Source: Nemertoderma westbladi (lineage: Eukaryota > Animalia > Xenacoelomorpha). Taken from it: a stretch of DNA of 64,000 nt. The stretch lies in the NCBI GenBank assembly GCA_032718475.1, contig JAUCBJ010001929.1:18718-82717 (forward strand), written 5' to 3'. Shown here in pieces: positions 1 to 11,890 of the stretch (positions are counted from its first letter, which is position 1; each line of letters begins with the position of its first letter). Made by a program: the position numbers and the translations under genes. The notes under the pieces are model-generated. The model saw only the letters and a list, made by a program, of their open reading frames with translations, was not told where the DNA came from and searched no databases.

Positions 1-48
1 GTAGTCTCGGCTTCCACCTCAAGGTCCCAGGTTCGAATCCGACACCAT
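1..48 (+). mobile_element. tRNA-derived SINE head (3' half; Pol III B box), cut by window edge
   Basis: GGTTCGAATCC B box at 30-40, preceded by anticodon-loop-like CTTCCAC and a GGTC variable loop. The T stem and acceptor stem are not completed, so it is not a tRNA gene. Confidence 0.65.
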
Positions 49-86
49 GCTGATGAGACCCAGTAAGGTCGAAACGCGTATGTGGT
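44..86 (+). ncRNA. Type I minimal hammerhead ribozyme
   Basis: CTGATGA (50-56), stem II GACC-cagtaa-GGTC, GAAA, palindromic stem III ACGCGT, GTA cleavage triplet (A80). Stem I is ACCATG(44-49)/TGTGGT(81-86). Confidence 0.85.
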
Positions 87-408
87 TTTGAGAGATATGA
101 GATATTAATTTCAAAAAAATTACGCGATTCTTAAATTTGTACACTACCCAGTTAAAAAGTACGCATGTGATGGGATTAGTCCTACAATTGCGCAATAAAA
201 GATAAGTTATTTTCGGTAAAATAAACTTGCTGATGAGACCCAGTAAGGTCGAAACGCGTACGTGGTTTGGAGAGATATGAGATATTAATTTCAAAAAAAT
301 TACGCGATTCTTAAATTTGTACACTACCCAGTTAAAAAGTACGCATGTGATGGGATTAGTCCTACAATTGCGCCAATAAAAGATAAGTTATTTTCGGTAA
401 AATAAACT
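48..408 (+). repeat. Tandem 2 x ~180-bp hammerhead-containing unit (retrozyme/SM-alpha-like)
   Basis: 48-227 and 228-408 are near-identical; each ends in AAATAAACT. Confidence 0.9.
223..268 (+). ncRNA. Second hammerhead ribozyme copy
   Basis: Identical core CTGATGAGACCCAGTAAGGTCGAAACGCGTA (230-260). Local stem I is weaker (AAACTTG/CGTGGTTT). Confidence 0.75.
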
Positions 409-499
409 ATCATTCGAGGTTAAGACCCCTAAATCCCTTCCTATAATAAATGCATAATAACAAACACCTCGAAAAATACAGCTTGCCAACACATTGTTA

Positions 500-890
500 C
501 TATCAGGTGCATCCAGGCAGAATGGGATTATCTCCTCTGTGTAGTAGAAACTGTTGAAGAGGAACTCACCCCAATTCGTAATGCTGGCCTACGCAGCTAC
601 ATCCCTGCCCAGTTTGGCACTGCCTCTGGTTCAGTCGAGGATGACCTTATCCTACTTCCTGTTTGCCGTGGAGGCATTGAGCTGCGCGACCCCCTGATCA
701 GGAGAGGGCCAGCCAGGACAGCGTCATTGAGTGGAACCTCACTCTTCACAGAGGCAATCACATCTCGGATGCCTCTCCAGGTAACTGACCATGAGATGCG
801 CCTCCATGAGGAGTTGAGAATGCAACGCGAAGAACTAAATACTCAATACAAACTCCAGCAAGAGTCTGCTATTGCAACCCTTCCTTGGGT
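500..890 (+). pseudogene. Decayed non-LTR (RLE/CRE-like) RT fragment
   Basis: GC-richer island encoding EDDLILLPVCRGGIELRDP, which resembles the LP-x-x-x-GGLG-x-x-DP motif that follows the RT in such elements. Confidence 0.4.
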
Positions 891-1745
891 TATGCTTTGT
901 AAACAATTCGTATCTTTTACATTGAGTTTACGTGCTTCTAATAAATTGTGCATTCGCTTGTTAGCTAATCTAACGGAATTTGATTGTAGAACGAGAACTG
1001 GGTTAAATCTAAGGCGCATTGACTATGTTTGTAATATTGATAATCTATTTAACCTAAATGCTAAATGTGTTTCGTCTGTGTTGGTATATTCTAGAACTTC
1101 TAGCGATAACTTGTGGCGAATTGGTGTATGTAAGGATCTATGTAATGTACTCGCCGGAGATAATATGTATGTTGAAGGCTTCTCCAGAGTAGAGTTACTT
1201 GATATTGTGAATTACGTCTCATCTTATTAAGCGTTCATCATTCCTCTTATTAATTTTAGTGGTATTATATTACTTACCTAATATAGACTTTTGTGCTAGG
1301 TTATATAACCATTACTTTCATTATTGGTGTACTGTGCATTATTCATATATATATATTTGATTTGCCATGTACGAATATAAATAAAATAAATAAAATTGAA
1401 GATTATCTCGTCGTTTTTTAATGGTGGTGATGAAACAAGATCAAAGACTATATGAACTATATATACTAAACAGTATATAATACTAACCATATAATATATT
1501 TATCAATTAACATTTAAAAAAACAATTTAGTTAATTGGTGATGTTCCAGAAAAAAAAAAAAATATTTATTATATCAGGATATTTATATTTTTTGACCACT
1601 CGAATCACAAACTCTCTACCTTGTGAAGGTGTCATGATATTTGCTTTAAGTTTGTAGTTGTTTTTACTTTGAGTTCTTTCACTATAGCCATTACTCCACT
1701 GCCAATGTTGAGTCAAGACTTCGTTGGACTGAGTAATACGACTAC

Positions 1746-2574
1746 GATGGCTTGAAAGAGATGATAGCGACTGCCAAGCATGGTAATGAGGTTTTGGAAC
1801 CATCTGCATTCCACAATTGGAATAATAAAAAGACAGCTTCTGTTAAATTACATTCCTCATCTTGTGGATATTGTCGAAATCAAGTTTGTAAATGGGTCTA
1901 GCCATACATCATGACATGTTTTGGCAAAGAGAGTATGAGTGTTCTGTCTTTACAAACGAAATGTAAATATAAACAACTATGCCAATGTATAATCGAAGAG
2001 GTAAAACATGAGGTAATAAGGCAATGTATATAGTATTGAGACGGTAAAATTATATCACAATAACAGAGTCAATGTTCACAGTACCGGTATAAAATACAGA
2101 CCTAAGAAGCAGTACGGGCCAACCAGGCCAACATACAAGTATGCTCAGTTCTATACAGTAGATACCATAAAGGCACACAGCCAAACCTGGTGGCGCTAGG
2201 CCTACATAACATGAAGAAGGTTGAGCGCAGAATAAGTAGTAAAAAGAAACTATCCTTGTCAAGGAAGTCTCTTTTTTTGTAGTTTCTTTTTACTACTGTA
2301 TTCTGCGCTCAACCTTCTTCATGTTATGTAGGCCTAGTTGTTTATAGTTATATTTCGTTTGTAAAGACAGAAGACTCATACTCTCTTTACCGAAACGTGT
2401 GATGTATGGCATAAGGGTAGACCCATTTACAAACTTGATTTCGACAATATCCGGCGCGATGAGGAATGTGTGGAATTAATTTAACAGAAGCTGTCTTTTT
2501 ATTTTTCCACCCCATATGGTTCCAAAACCTCATTACCATGCTTGGCAGTCTCTATCATCTCTTTCAAGCCATCA
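1746..2574. repeat. Long imperfect inverted repeat (foldback)
   Basis: Outer arms ~1746-1980 / 2336-2574 and inner arms ~2197-2252 / 2280-2336 are reverse complements. The loop is ~27 nt, and there is an extra ~215 nt on the left arm only. Confidence 0.8.
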
Positions 2575-4423
2575 CTGCTTACCAGGCCAGTGCCGGTTTT
2601 AAGCTAAACTTCATAAAAATGACCACATTAAATAAAATTGTACAGATGGCTAAACTCTATATTGTTAAATAAAAATGTGCTGGTACAAAATATCAGAATA
2701 ATTCATTAAAGTTTGACACGTATATCGCACTACCACTGGACGCAAAACCCGCCTTGGCGAATTAATATCCCGCCTCAATGTTAAATTCTCAATTTAGGGA
2801 AAGGAGCAGGTTACAGTGGCACGTTATTTTAACCAAAACAATAAACTAAACACAATAGTAGAAGAAGTTGCAGTTTTATTTTTGAGTGTAACTCATCTGT
2901 TATTTGCGTCCAATTTCCCCTGGAGAGGGATGAATTTTTATTGCGTCCAGTTTCCCCCCCTATCTGGATACGGTATGGGGTTTGGGAATACACAACTTCC
3001 AAACCCTATGCGATGTCGGCACTTTAATAAATAAATAAATTGGGATTTATCTGTGAATGCAAATGTAATTAGTAGGAATATTGCCCTCGGCACATGGCAT
3101 TATCATAAAGTAGAAGCGGATATTTATTTAAACTGTGGGTAGAAATTCTCGTCAGATATTAATTAAACAATTTCCATTTATTTACAGTAATAAACCTTGC
3201 GTAATGCGATTCATATATCCATATGTGAATAATGATGTTTAAAATTCAAATATAATATATGATCTCAATGCGCCTATTCTGCATTTCCAACCGATTTTTG
3301 CTTTAGTGTAAATGTTTTGGCGAAATTCCATCATACCATACGATCTAACAATGACCCTGTCGCAAAGTGTCAAAAATGTAGGCTATATAGAAAATCAATC
3401 CTGATAATATTTATTATACCTGTGTTCAACGTAATTAATACAAATGTAAATAGAATTGAAGAATAATATGAAAAGTAAATAAATTCATTAGAAAAAACCC
3501 TCTTCATTATTATTATATATTTATATTTCCTTCTGATCTACACTCAAATTCGTGTTTCAGTCTGCACGGCACGCCCATTGCGCATTGCCCACATACATCC
3601 CCCAAAACACTTCTTTATTTTTATTGTATCTTTTTTCCATTTAATAAGTGCTGACATCGCCTGGGCCCATACGGTCTCAGCACTGAGTTCCTTATCACAA
3701 CTGCTGATCTCTGATTGGTTCTTAATTCAGGTTGAATTACATTGCCAGTGCCGAGACGGTATGGGGTTTGTAAATATGCTACCATTCACCCCATGTATGA
3801 TATTATGGTGTGAACAAATATTGTTTTTACTCTATATATAAGTTAATTAAAATTCATTAATTAATTTGCTGAGCAGAAAATAATTATTAGTCAATTTTAC
3901 ATTTGTTTTGCAAATTTGCTACATTAAATTATACATTTGTTACAAAGTGAGGAGCCATCGGGTTGTCAGTTTATCGTGTCTCACACGTTAACCGATCACT
4001 GTACTTTTACTTTAATTTTACACTATAATAGATTGTCAATGTTGGAACAGGCGTCAAAAATGAGAGATGTAAATGTAAAATCTCCATATCCCGACAATTA
4101 ATCAATTTGAGAAGCAATAAATTACATTCTTAGAATTGTCATTAAATTCTAAAAAACTGTTTTTCTTTAGCCTATAAAACTTAAACCCCCCTCACCTTAA
4201 AATTAAGTTACTATACTAAACTAATCAGATACTAAGTTCTCCTAAAAATTGTGTAGCTCATTGCAAAGCATTTTTTCCTTTGACTCCACACTAGAACCTG
4301 ATTAGCCCTTTTCTGGCATTGCATTACATACCAGACATTACAATGAGGTCTGAATTGGGGACTTCCCTCGTTGCTATAAAACTTATTTAAATAAAACAAA
4401 AAATATATTTCTGCCACTAGGGC

Positions 4424-4607
4424 GGTTGCCGTTATTCCCGACACCATGGGGGAAAACGCCGATGCTGGAGGCGGAACTTTTAAACCACGGAATTCCGGCC
4501 AGTCACCGGATATTGGAAGTGGAGAAGGAATACTTTCTTAAATGCAAGATTGTGGTTGAGAAAAAGTTGCATTGGTTGGATATAATCTTTAATGTAACTT
4601 CCCTACG
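4424..4607 (-). repeat. Terminal 184 bp of the 3' LTR
   Basis: Direct repeat of 7330-7513, fused directly to gag at the second zinc knuckle. Confidence 0.9.
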
Positions 4608-6934
4608 TAGTGACCTGTTCCGAGACACCGGAAGCATCCTCGGTGTTTCATTATCGTCTCGAAGCGTGGAACGAGTTCAGCAAACTGGAACTTTCTGCAG
4701 AATTCCACCTTATGTTTCTCTCCGCAGAAGAGACATAGAAGGGAGGTTGTGGTGCCTTCCCTTTCGGGTGCCCAATTCGCTAGATAACACGCCCATTCCT
4801 CGGCTGATGTCGGTTCCTCGTAGTCCTCGTCGTCAGAATCCTCGGCCATGGTGATGGCCATCGTACTCACCGGAGGGGGACGGAATCTCGGTTTCGGAGT
4901 GGGTGCCCTGCTCCTAGAGTTGTTCTCTATTCCGTCTAACTTGGAGAGACTTTGTTTGGAGAACATCGAGTCATTCATGGCTTCAGAGATATCTAGGAAT
5001 GCCGACATTTTGAGGAAACTGGGATCCCGATCTGGGTGTCTGCATCGGAGATCTACGCATTTATATGCTCATTTGCTTTGCAGCCATCCGGGGAACTTTT
5101 GGGCAATCTGTCGGAGGTTTAAAATGTTGTTTACTTGTTCCTCCTTGTTTAATGGTTTTAAAGTGTAGTAGGCATCTTTCATAGAGTCTGAGAACTCTTG
5201 GATATTCTGTGGGTCCCCTAGGGATCCAGCGTCCTGTATCAGTTTCTCGAGCGTCTTATTAATTATAGTTCCAATGTTTCCGTATCTTTTATCTAGAGTT
5301 TTCCATGCGTCGTGGTACGCTTCGTGAGATCCTCCTTCGAAACATTTAATGATTCGACGTGGTTTGTCGCCCAGGTATTGGGATAAATATACCAGTTTTT
5401 GTGCATCGGTTATATCCGTTGACCCGATCTGAGCGAAGAACCATTTCTTAAATCCGAGGTAATCGACGGGGTCTCCCTCGAAGGTGCGGATCTCCATCTT
5501 GGGCATAGCCAGGCGGTTTTCCAAGGCTCGGATGATGCCGACGTCGTCTGAACTGGAATGACTAGGAGGATTGTAATTACCAACACTCTCTCCCATGCAC
5601 GATGGATCGATGAGAGGTAGAGTTTTAATGATGACGCGGTTACGGATTTTTGGTGTGGATGTGAACAGACTGTTGGATCGAGGGGTGGCATCCCGTTCCG
5701 AGTCCTTTTCAGGCTCGTACTGGGGAGCGCTCGGTGCCGTGGGATTGGATGGGAAATAAGGTTCCTCATTTTTAAGCGTAGCCGGTGGGGGGTGGAATAC
5801 CGGTGCTTGTGCCGATAACGCGGACCGTATGGTTGGCAGAAACTCAGGTTTCGGGGGTTCCGCAGCTGGTGGTGTAAATGACTTTTCTAACTCCGGGACC
5901 GGAATTGGTTCATAGTCCTGTTCTATACCCCTTTCCCAGTCCTCGTATAGTTGAAGGTCCCATTCTATGAGGGCAGCTTCGTAGTCTGCGAGTTTGGCAA
6001 TATCCGCGTTCTTCTTGTGAATAAGAATCGCTTGGGCCTTGGTGTTCCGTTTACGCATTTCGGCCTCTTGTTTACGTATTTCGGCCTGTTGTTCGGCCTC
6101 TCGTTTACATAGTTCGGCCCGTTGTTCGGCCTCTTGTTTATTCCTTTCGGCCTGTTGTTCGGCCTCTTGTTTATTCCTTTCGGCCTGTTGTTCGGCCTCT
6201 TGTTTATTCCTTTCGGCCTTGTTGTTTATGTTTTTCGGCCTCTATTTCGGCCTCTTGCTTTTGTCGTTCGGCCTCTATTTCGGCCTCTTGTTTATGTCTT
6301 TCCTCCGCCAGTGCATCCTGTTCAATCTGCAGTTGGACATATTCGTCTTCCATTCGAGCTTTAAGGGCCAATGCCCTCTGTTCTCGTAGCTGATCTCGGA
6401 GTGGTTGACCCCCTTGAGAACTGCGCGCTGAACCAGATATCTCGCTCCTAGCGCTGGAGTGCTAGTGCCTCGAGGACCCAGTTCTTTTTCGCTGAACCAC
6501 GGTCCTGGTTCCGGAGGTCTGTACCGATTCTGCGTACGCCCTTTCAGTTGTTTATAATACTGTTCCTCGTAGCCTCTTACGAGGCTGAGTGTCCTCCGAT
6601 GTTGCTTGCGGAACTGCTTGCGGTTGCTTGTGACGTGTTCTTCGAGTCTGGGGTAGTTTCCCAGATCGGTTGTGGGAATGAGTTCCTGATATGCCTGTAT
6701 CATCCTTTCATATCGTTGTAAGATACTTCGGATATTCTGTAATTGAGTCTGTATATCGCTGAGGGGGGTCTCGGCTCCCTTTAGTTGTTTCTCGATGCAG
6801 TGGTATGCTCGAGTCACTCCGCCTTTGAGAGCTCCCAGTCGACGGGCCATGTTCTTCACATTCGGTACTTCTTCGGTTTCCGAGTCTGTGTGGGGGTCCA
6901 TTTCATCAGTATCGGAGACGTTATTCGTCGTCAT
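4608..6934 (-). pseudogene. Bel/Pao gag (coiled coil, DUF1759-like core, CCHC knuckles), disrupted
   Basis: TFEGDPVDYLGFKKWF...KLVYLSQYL...AWKTLDKRYG; knuckles CLFCGEKHKVEFC and CFRCLGTGH. In-frame TGA at 5069-5071 and frameshifts near 6.2-6.5 kb. A 33-bp AEQQAERNKQE repeat lies at ~6070-6300. Confidence 0.85.
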
Positions 6935-7122
6935 TCTAGCGCCTCGTTGATTGCCAGATATGCGATATCGTAAAATAGTTCTTCGTAGGTCTCGTATTCA
7001 GCCTGGACTACCCGAACGGTAATCCTGAATCGTCCAACGTTCGTTCCTTGTACTTCAACTTCGACGTGCCAGATTCCTGGCTCAACTTGGATTATATCAA
7101 TAGGTGTGATCGATACTTCCAT
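6931..7122 (-). CDS. 63-aa upstream ORF of the Bel element, overlapping the gag start (ATGA)
   Basis: ATG-initiated, protein-like composition (MEVSITPIDIIQVEPGIWHVEVEV...). Its TGA overlaps the gag ATG at 6934-6931. Confidence 0.45.
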   Translation of the reverse strand: MEVSITPIDIIQVEPGIWHVEVEVQGTNVGRFRITVRVVQAEYETYEELFYDIAYLAINEALE

Positions 7123-7329
7123 TCCCTGTTAACGACTCTCTATTTATGATCTGCCGACTACGAGTTTTTTAGTTCGAGTTTGTAATTTGATTGAACCACG
7201 ACTTTGTCTTAAATCAAATACCAGAGTTTCCTCGTAGTGGGTGCTGGGTAAGCACGGAGAGAGTTTGAAGAGTACTGTAGAATTCCCAACTTCCACCAGT
7301 TGAAGTTGGCCGCGTCTTATTCTCAATTT

Positions 7330-8655
7330 TGTTGCCGTTATTCCCGACACCATGGGGGAAAACGCCGATGCTGGAGGCTGAACTTTTAAACCACGGAATT
7401 CCGGCCAGTCACCGGATATTGGAAGTGGAGAAGGAATACTTTCTTAAATGCAAGATTGCGGTTGAGAAAAAGTTGCATTGGTTGGATATAATCTTTAATG
7501 TAACTTCCCTACGGTTGAATCTTGTACATTGAACACCAAATAATGCAGCTCTTTCTAAAGTTGAACCCTGATTGAGAATAAGTTGAGCTTCCCCACACCA
7601 ATATACACCAAATATTCACAATAATATACGACAATATAAATTCCTACAGTACATTATTTAATTACCCAATGTTCGCTTTAGATTTTAACCTAACTAATGT
7701 TCCCCATTTTCCCTCAGTCCTAGTCTCGGTACCGTAGTGTCGGTGTCGGTTGACCCAGTTGCGTGTCGGTCCCACCCTTCCCGAACCCCGAAGGGATCGG
7801 TCATCAGGAAATCGGTACGGCTTGGCTAAGGGTTGGTCAAGTCAGTAGACCCGGTTGCTTGTCCATCCCACCCTCCCCGAACCCCGAAGGGATCGGTCAT
7901 CATGAAAGCGGTACGGCTTGGCTAGGGGTCTGTCAAGTCGGTGGACCCGTTTGCATGTCCGTCCCACCCTTCCCGAACCCCGAAGGGATCGGTCATCAGG
8001 AAAGCGGTATGGCTTGGCAAGGGGTCTGTCAGCCCGTCGTGAGCCCCTACGGTTGGTAGTTTCCCGAGTCCTTATTCAGGCTCGTACTAACGCCAGTCAT
8101 GGAACCCACTACAGGAAGGCAGTCCTCGTCGAACCCTTCCTCCGTTAGTCGGTCGACCCATCGCAAGTCCCTGGCGTTGTCGGCAAGCTTTCCGAGTCCT
8201 TATTCAGGCTCGTAATAACTGCCGGCGACCAGAGACCGCTAAGGATCTGTCTGTCGGTTCCCATCGCAAATCCCTGACACAAGCAGCAGACTTTCCGAGT
8301 CCTTATTCAGGTTCGTAATAACTGCTGTTGGCCAGGGACCACTAAGGGCAGTCCTTGTCCCTAGGCCTAACGAGTTACCAAATCCACCTCTACAGGCAGC
8401 AGGTAGTTGGCTAGGCCTAATCGTATTCAGGCAAACCTGAGTACTGCTTAACTTTGCCTCCCACCCCTGGCCCTTAAATATCTGACATGAGTCCCGTACC
8501 CCGTAAGTCGCACCAATATTCGCCCGTAAATCGCCCCCAGTCCATTGAATGTGCCCAAATTCCATGTTCCCGCAGTATTGATATTGGAATATTCATTTCA
8601 AATAAATCCAAAAAATATTCAACTCGCGTTAAGAAAAGTTGAAATACCGCAAACA
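7330..8655 (-). repeat. 5' LTR (1326 bp) with internal tandem repeats
   Basis: TG...CA termini. Three ~95-bp CCCGAACCCCGAAGGGATCGGTCATCA units at 7763-8035 and three CCGAGTCCTTATTCAGG units at ~8064, 8192 and 8295. Confidence 0.8.
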
Positions 8656-9199
8656 AGGGCCATCATCAGAGTAATGCAATGCCTAAAATCAAAACTGTTA
8701 TAGGTGATACTGGTAATACTGAATTACATACCAGAGCTGGCGATTGTGATTGGTGGGATTGAATTGAATCATAAATAAAATTAGTAAAAGTATTAATTAA
8801 TAATATTGTTTATACTGTAGCAATATTAGTAATATTGCAAGACTGCCATATACTGTATTTGGTCGGTAAAAACAAATAGTTTTACTTGGTTACACCCCCA
8901 AACATTTTCTCTAAATTGGCCCCGGGATAAATGTTGCATCCCCACAGTAGGTGAGTGACCTGTACCCCTGTGCGTGCAGTGCAGTGTGCAGCGTCTGACG
9001 TCCCTGCAGGGTACTGTACAGTAGAGAAGTTGGAATTGAGATTTTCTCGATATTGTACATCTTATTGCTTAAATGAGTAATGGCCCCGTATGAACAGCCC
9101 ACGTATTTTGCTTGCGTATTTATCATTTTGATGACAACAAAGACAACAAAGAACGGATTCTTAGTTTGGAAAACCTATTCGGATTCAGGCATTACTGCC

Positions 9200-11890
9200 A
9201 TCATAGTACAGTAGTATTATACTACAAAGTCAATCTAACTGCCTGACTGCTGAACTGGAAATTTAAAATTCTGATACTTACGGTAACGATAACCGATGAT
9301 ACCGGTAGCATATATTAATTATGGCCTCTGGAAATTCCCACAACATATACAATAACCTTGATGACTCTATGGATATCCTGCGAAACGAAATTCATGATGA
9401 GAAAGCCAGTGTGACAGATAGCCTTAATATCCTTGATTCTTTAATAAAGGATAAGTTGTTTGACGGTTTGTATAAAGCCTTTATATCAACCTATAGCAAG
9501 CTGTATAACGAGTCCTTCCCTATTAAGCGCATTAAAATCTCCAACCCTAAAACCCCATGGATTCCTGAAAATTTGTTACATTGTATACATAAAAAGAATA
9601 GACTCTACCGACAGTGGTTGAATAAACGTTCATTAGCGAGTAGAGAAAAATTTACTACCTATCGTAATGTACTAAGAAACATTATTAGAACCGCAAAAGT
9701 AAAATATTTTCAAAATGCCCTTGACGGTAAAAAACAAACGATAAGACAATTATGGCAATCTATAAATTTACTAATCAATCGTAAAATATCAAAAAATTCT
9801 GCTCCCCGACTTATTATTCACAATTCTCAATCTGAAACTGAACCTCGTAAAATAGCATCAGCATTTAATAACTATTATGCCAATGTTGGAAAAAATCTTG
9901 AATCAAAAATTCCAACTGTATCTCAATGCCCTTTACAATATTTATCTTCACCCTCTAAACCTAATCGTCTTATTGAATTTCAGGAAGTCTCAATATCAGA
10001 TATTTTACTTACTGCAAATAATTTGAAAGCCAAGACTAGCCCTGGGCATGATGACATCAACGCCACTGTTGCTATGCCATCCCTGTCTGCTATAATCAAA
10101 CCCATTACCTATATAATCAACTCCTCCCTTCGCACTGGAATAGTTCCCGATGATCTCAAAATCGCAAAAGTAATTCCAGTATTTAAAGCTAACGATGCCA
10201 CTTCCCCTATAAACTATCGACCAATTTCAGTTCTCCCATTTTTTTCAAAGCTTTTAGAGAAAGTGGTACAAAATCAACTTTTAGAATACTTAGAACTTCA
10301 AGACATATTATCCCACTCACAATTTGGTTTTCGGTTGAACAGATTTACTGAATTAGCATGACTAACTCTTTTGGATAAAATTACTTCACATATTGATAAA
10401 AAAAATATAGCATTAGCAGTATCAATTGACCTTTCTAAGGCCTTTGATACTGTTAACCATAATATTTTACTAAAAAAATTGAAACATTATGGGATCAATG
10501 GAACTGCTTTGAAATGGTTTGAAAATTATTTGCAGGATCGAAAACAGTTTGTTGTCATTGACGGCAAAAGATCTGATTTAGTAAACATAGAATATGGTGT
10601 TCCGCAGGGATCTGTATTAGGGCCTCTGTTATTCTTGCTGTATTGCAATGACTTAACCAATATATCCCGTATTTTAAATTTCATACTTTTTGCTGATGAC
10701 ACCAACATTGTAAATGGTGACGCTAACATCTCCAACCTTATTAGAAATACAAACATTGAACTCGAAAAAATTAATCAGTGGTTTTGTGCAAATCGATTAT
10801 CTTTAAATTTAGATAAAACCAATTTCATTCTTTTCCAACCAGGTAACAAAGCGATATCGCCAGGTGAATCATTATCTATTAATAACGTACAAATACAACA
10901 GGTCAAATATGCCAAATTTTTGGGAGTAATAATTGATGAAAAATTTAATTGGAAACACCACTTTTATAAAATAAATAATAAAATTTGTAAGAACATAGGT
11001 GTTATCAATAGGATCAAATCTTTTGCATCTATTGAAGCATTATCACATTTGTATTATGCACTAATCCATCCCTATTTGTTTTATTGTACATCGGTATGGG
11101 GAAAGTCAACCCTGGACATATCCAATCACCCACCTACTAATCCACTGCCTCACCCTCGGCAAAGGCGAAAAAAACGAAAGAAAATAAGTACATCGGATTC
11201 TCCCCGTATCTCAATTGCAACTCTGCATAAGAAGCAACAGAAAGTCCAAAATATTATAAATCGACGTGACCATTCATTTGCACCATTATCATTAGGTAAA
11301 ATCTTTATCTTTCAAATTGCATTGATTTCCTACAAGTATGTCAATGGTTTACTTCCCTGTGGTGTTTTTCCTTCCCTCCTCACACCGGTTTCATCTATAC
11401 ATAATCATCAAACCAGAAACGCCCAATTTCAAAATTGCTTTCGATTTCGTAATTCAAGTAGAGTTCGTGAACAATCTATTTACTCCGTTTCGCCAATAAT
11501 ATGGAACAGTTTACCACTTATAGTGCGACAGTCAAATAGCATAGGTAGTTTTAAAAATAGGTTGAAAAATTACATTTTAAATTCAAATTAATAAATCTTA
11601 TATTTTGCTTTATTGTCCAAATAACTGTAACATTTCTTAGTATTTGTATTTACTTATACTGTATTTGTATACTATACTGTATGTATTTACTTGTATTTAC
11701 AATTATATAGTTATAGTAGTTGTAGAATAGTGTGTTTATGTTGTGTATGGTGGTTGAAATAATAGGATCTCCTGTGTCAGCCACCATTCACACATAATGC
11801 TTAACTGGTAATATTATTATCTCATTACTTCCTATAGCATGCATTGTGTGTGAAAAATTGTTATCGAAAAATAGAAAATAGAAATCATTA
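9200..11890 (+). mobile_element. CR1/L2-group LINE lacking the endonuclease; RT with one in-frame stop
   Basis: ORFs 9321-10361 and 10371-11591 are in the same frame: NYRPISVLPFFSKLLEK, DLSKAFDTV, GVPQGSVLGP, FADD. There is a 3' UTR and an AAAATAG-repeat tail near 11870-11885. Boundaries are approximate. Confidence 0.9.

Larger units (their letters stand above)
4424..8655 (-). mobile_element. Bel/Pao LTR retrotransposon, internally deleted (no pol)
   Basis: 5-bp TSD AGGGC (4419-4423 and 8656-8660). The 5' LTR is 7330-8655 with TGTT...AACA ends. 4424-4607 repeats 7330-7513 with 3 differences. Bel-type gag lies between. Confidence 0.9.

Noticed and set aside
1-48. Possible tRNA-Trp(CCA) gene
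   Set aside because: The T stem and acceptor stem do not close, and the sequence runs into a ribozyme repeat. It is better read as a SINE head.
727-1230. 167-aa ORF as a host gene
   Set aside because: Non-ATG start, and it spans a compositional break near 890 joining two retroelement scraps.
4426-4854. Duplicated plus-strand ORF (also 7329-7532)
   Set aside because: Antisense reading of the LTR end; the duplication is explained by the LTRs.
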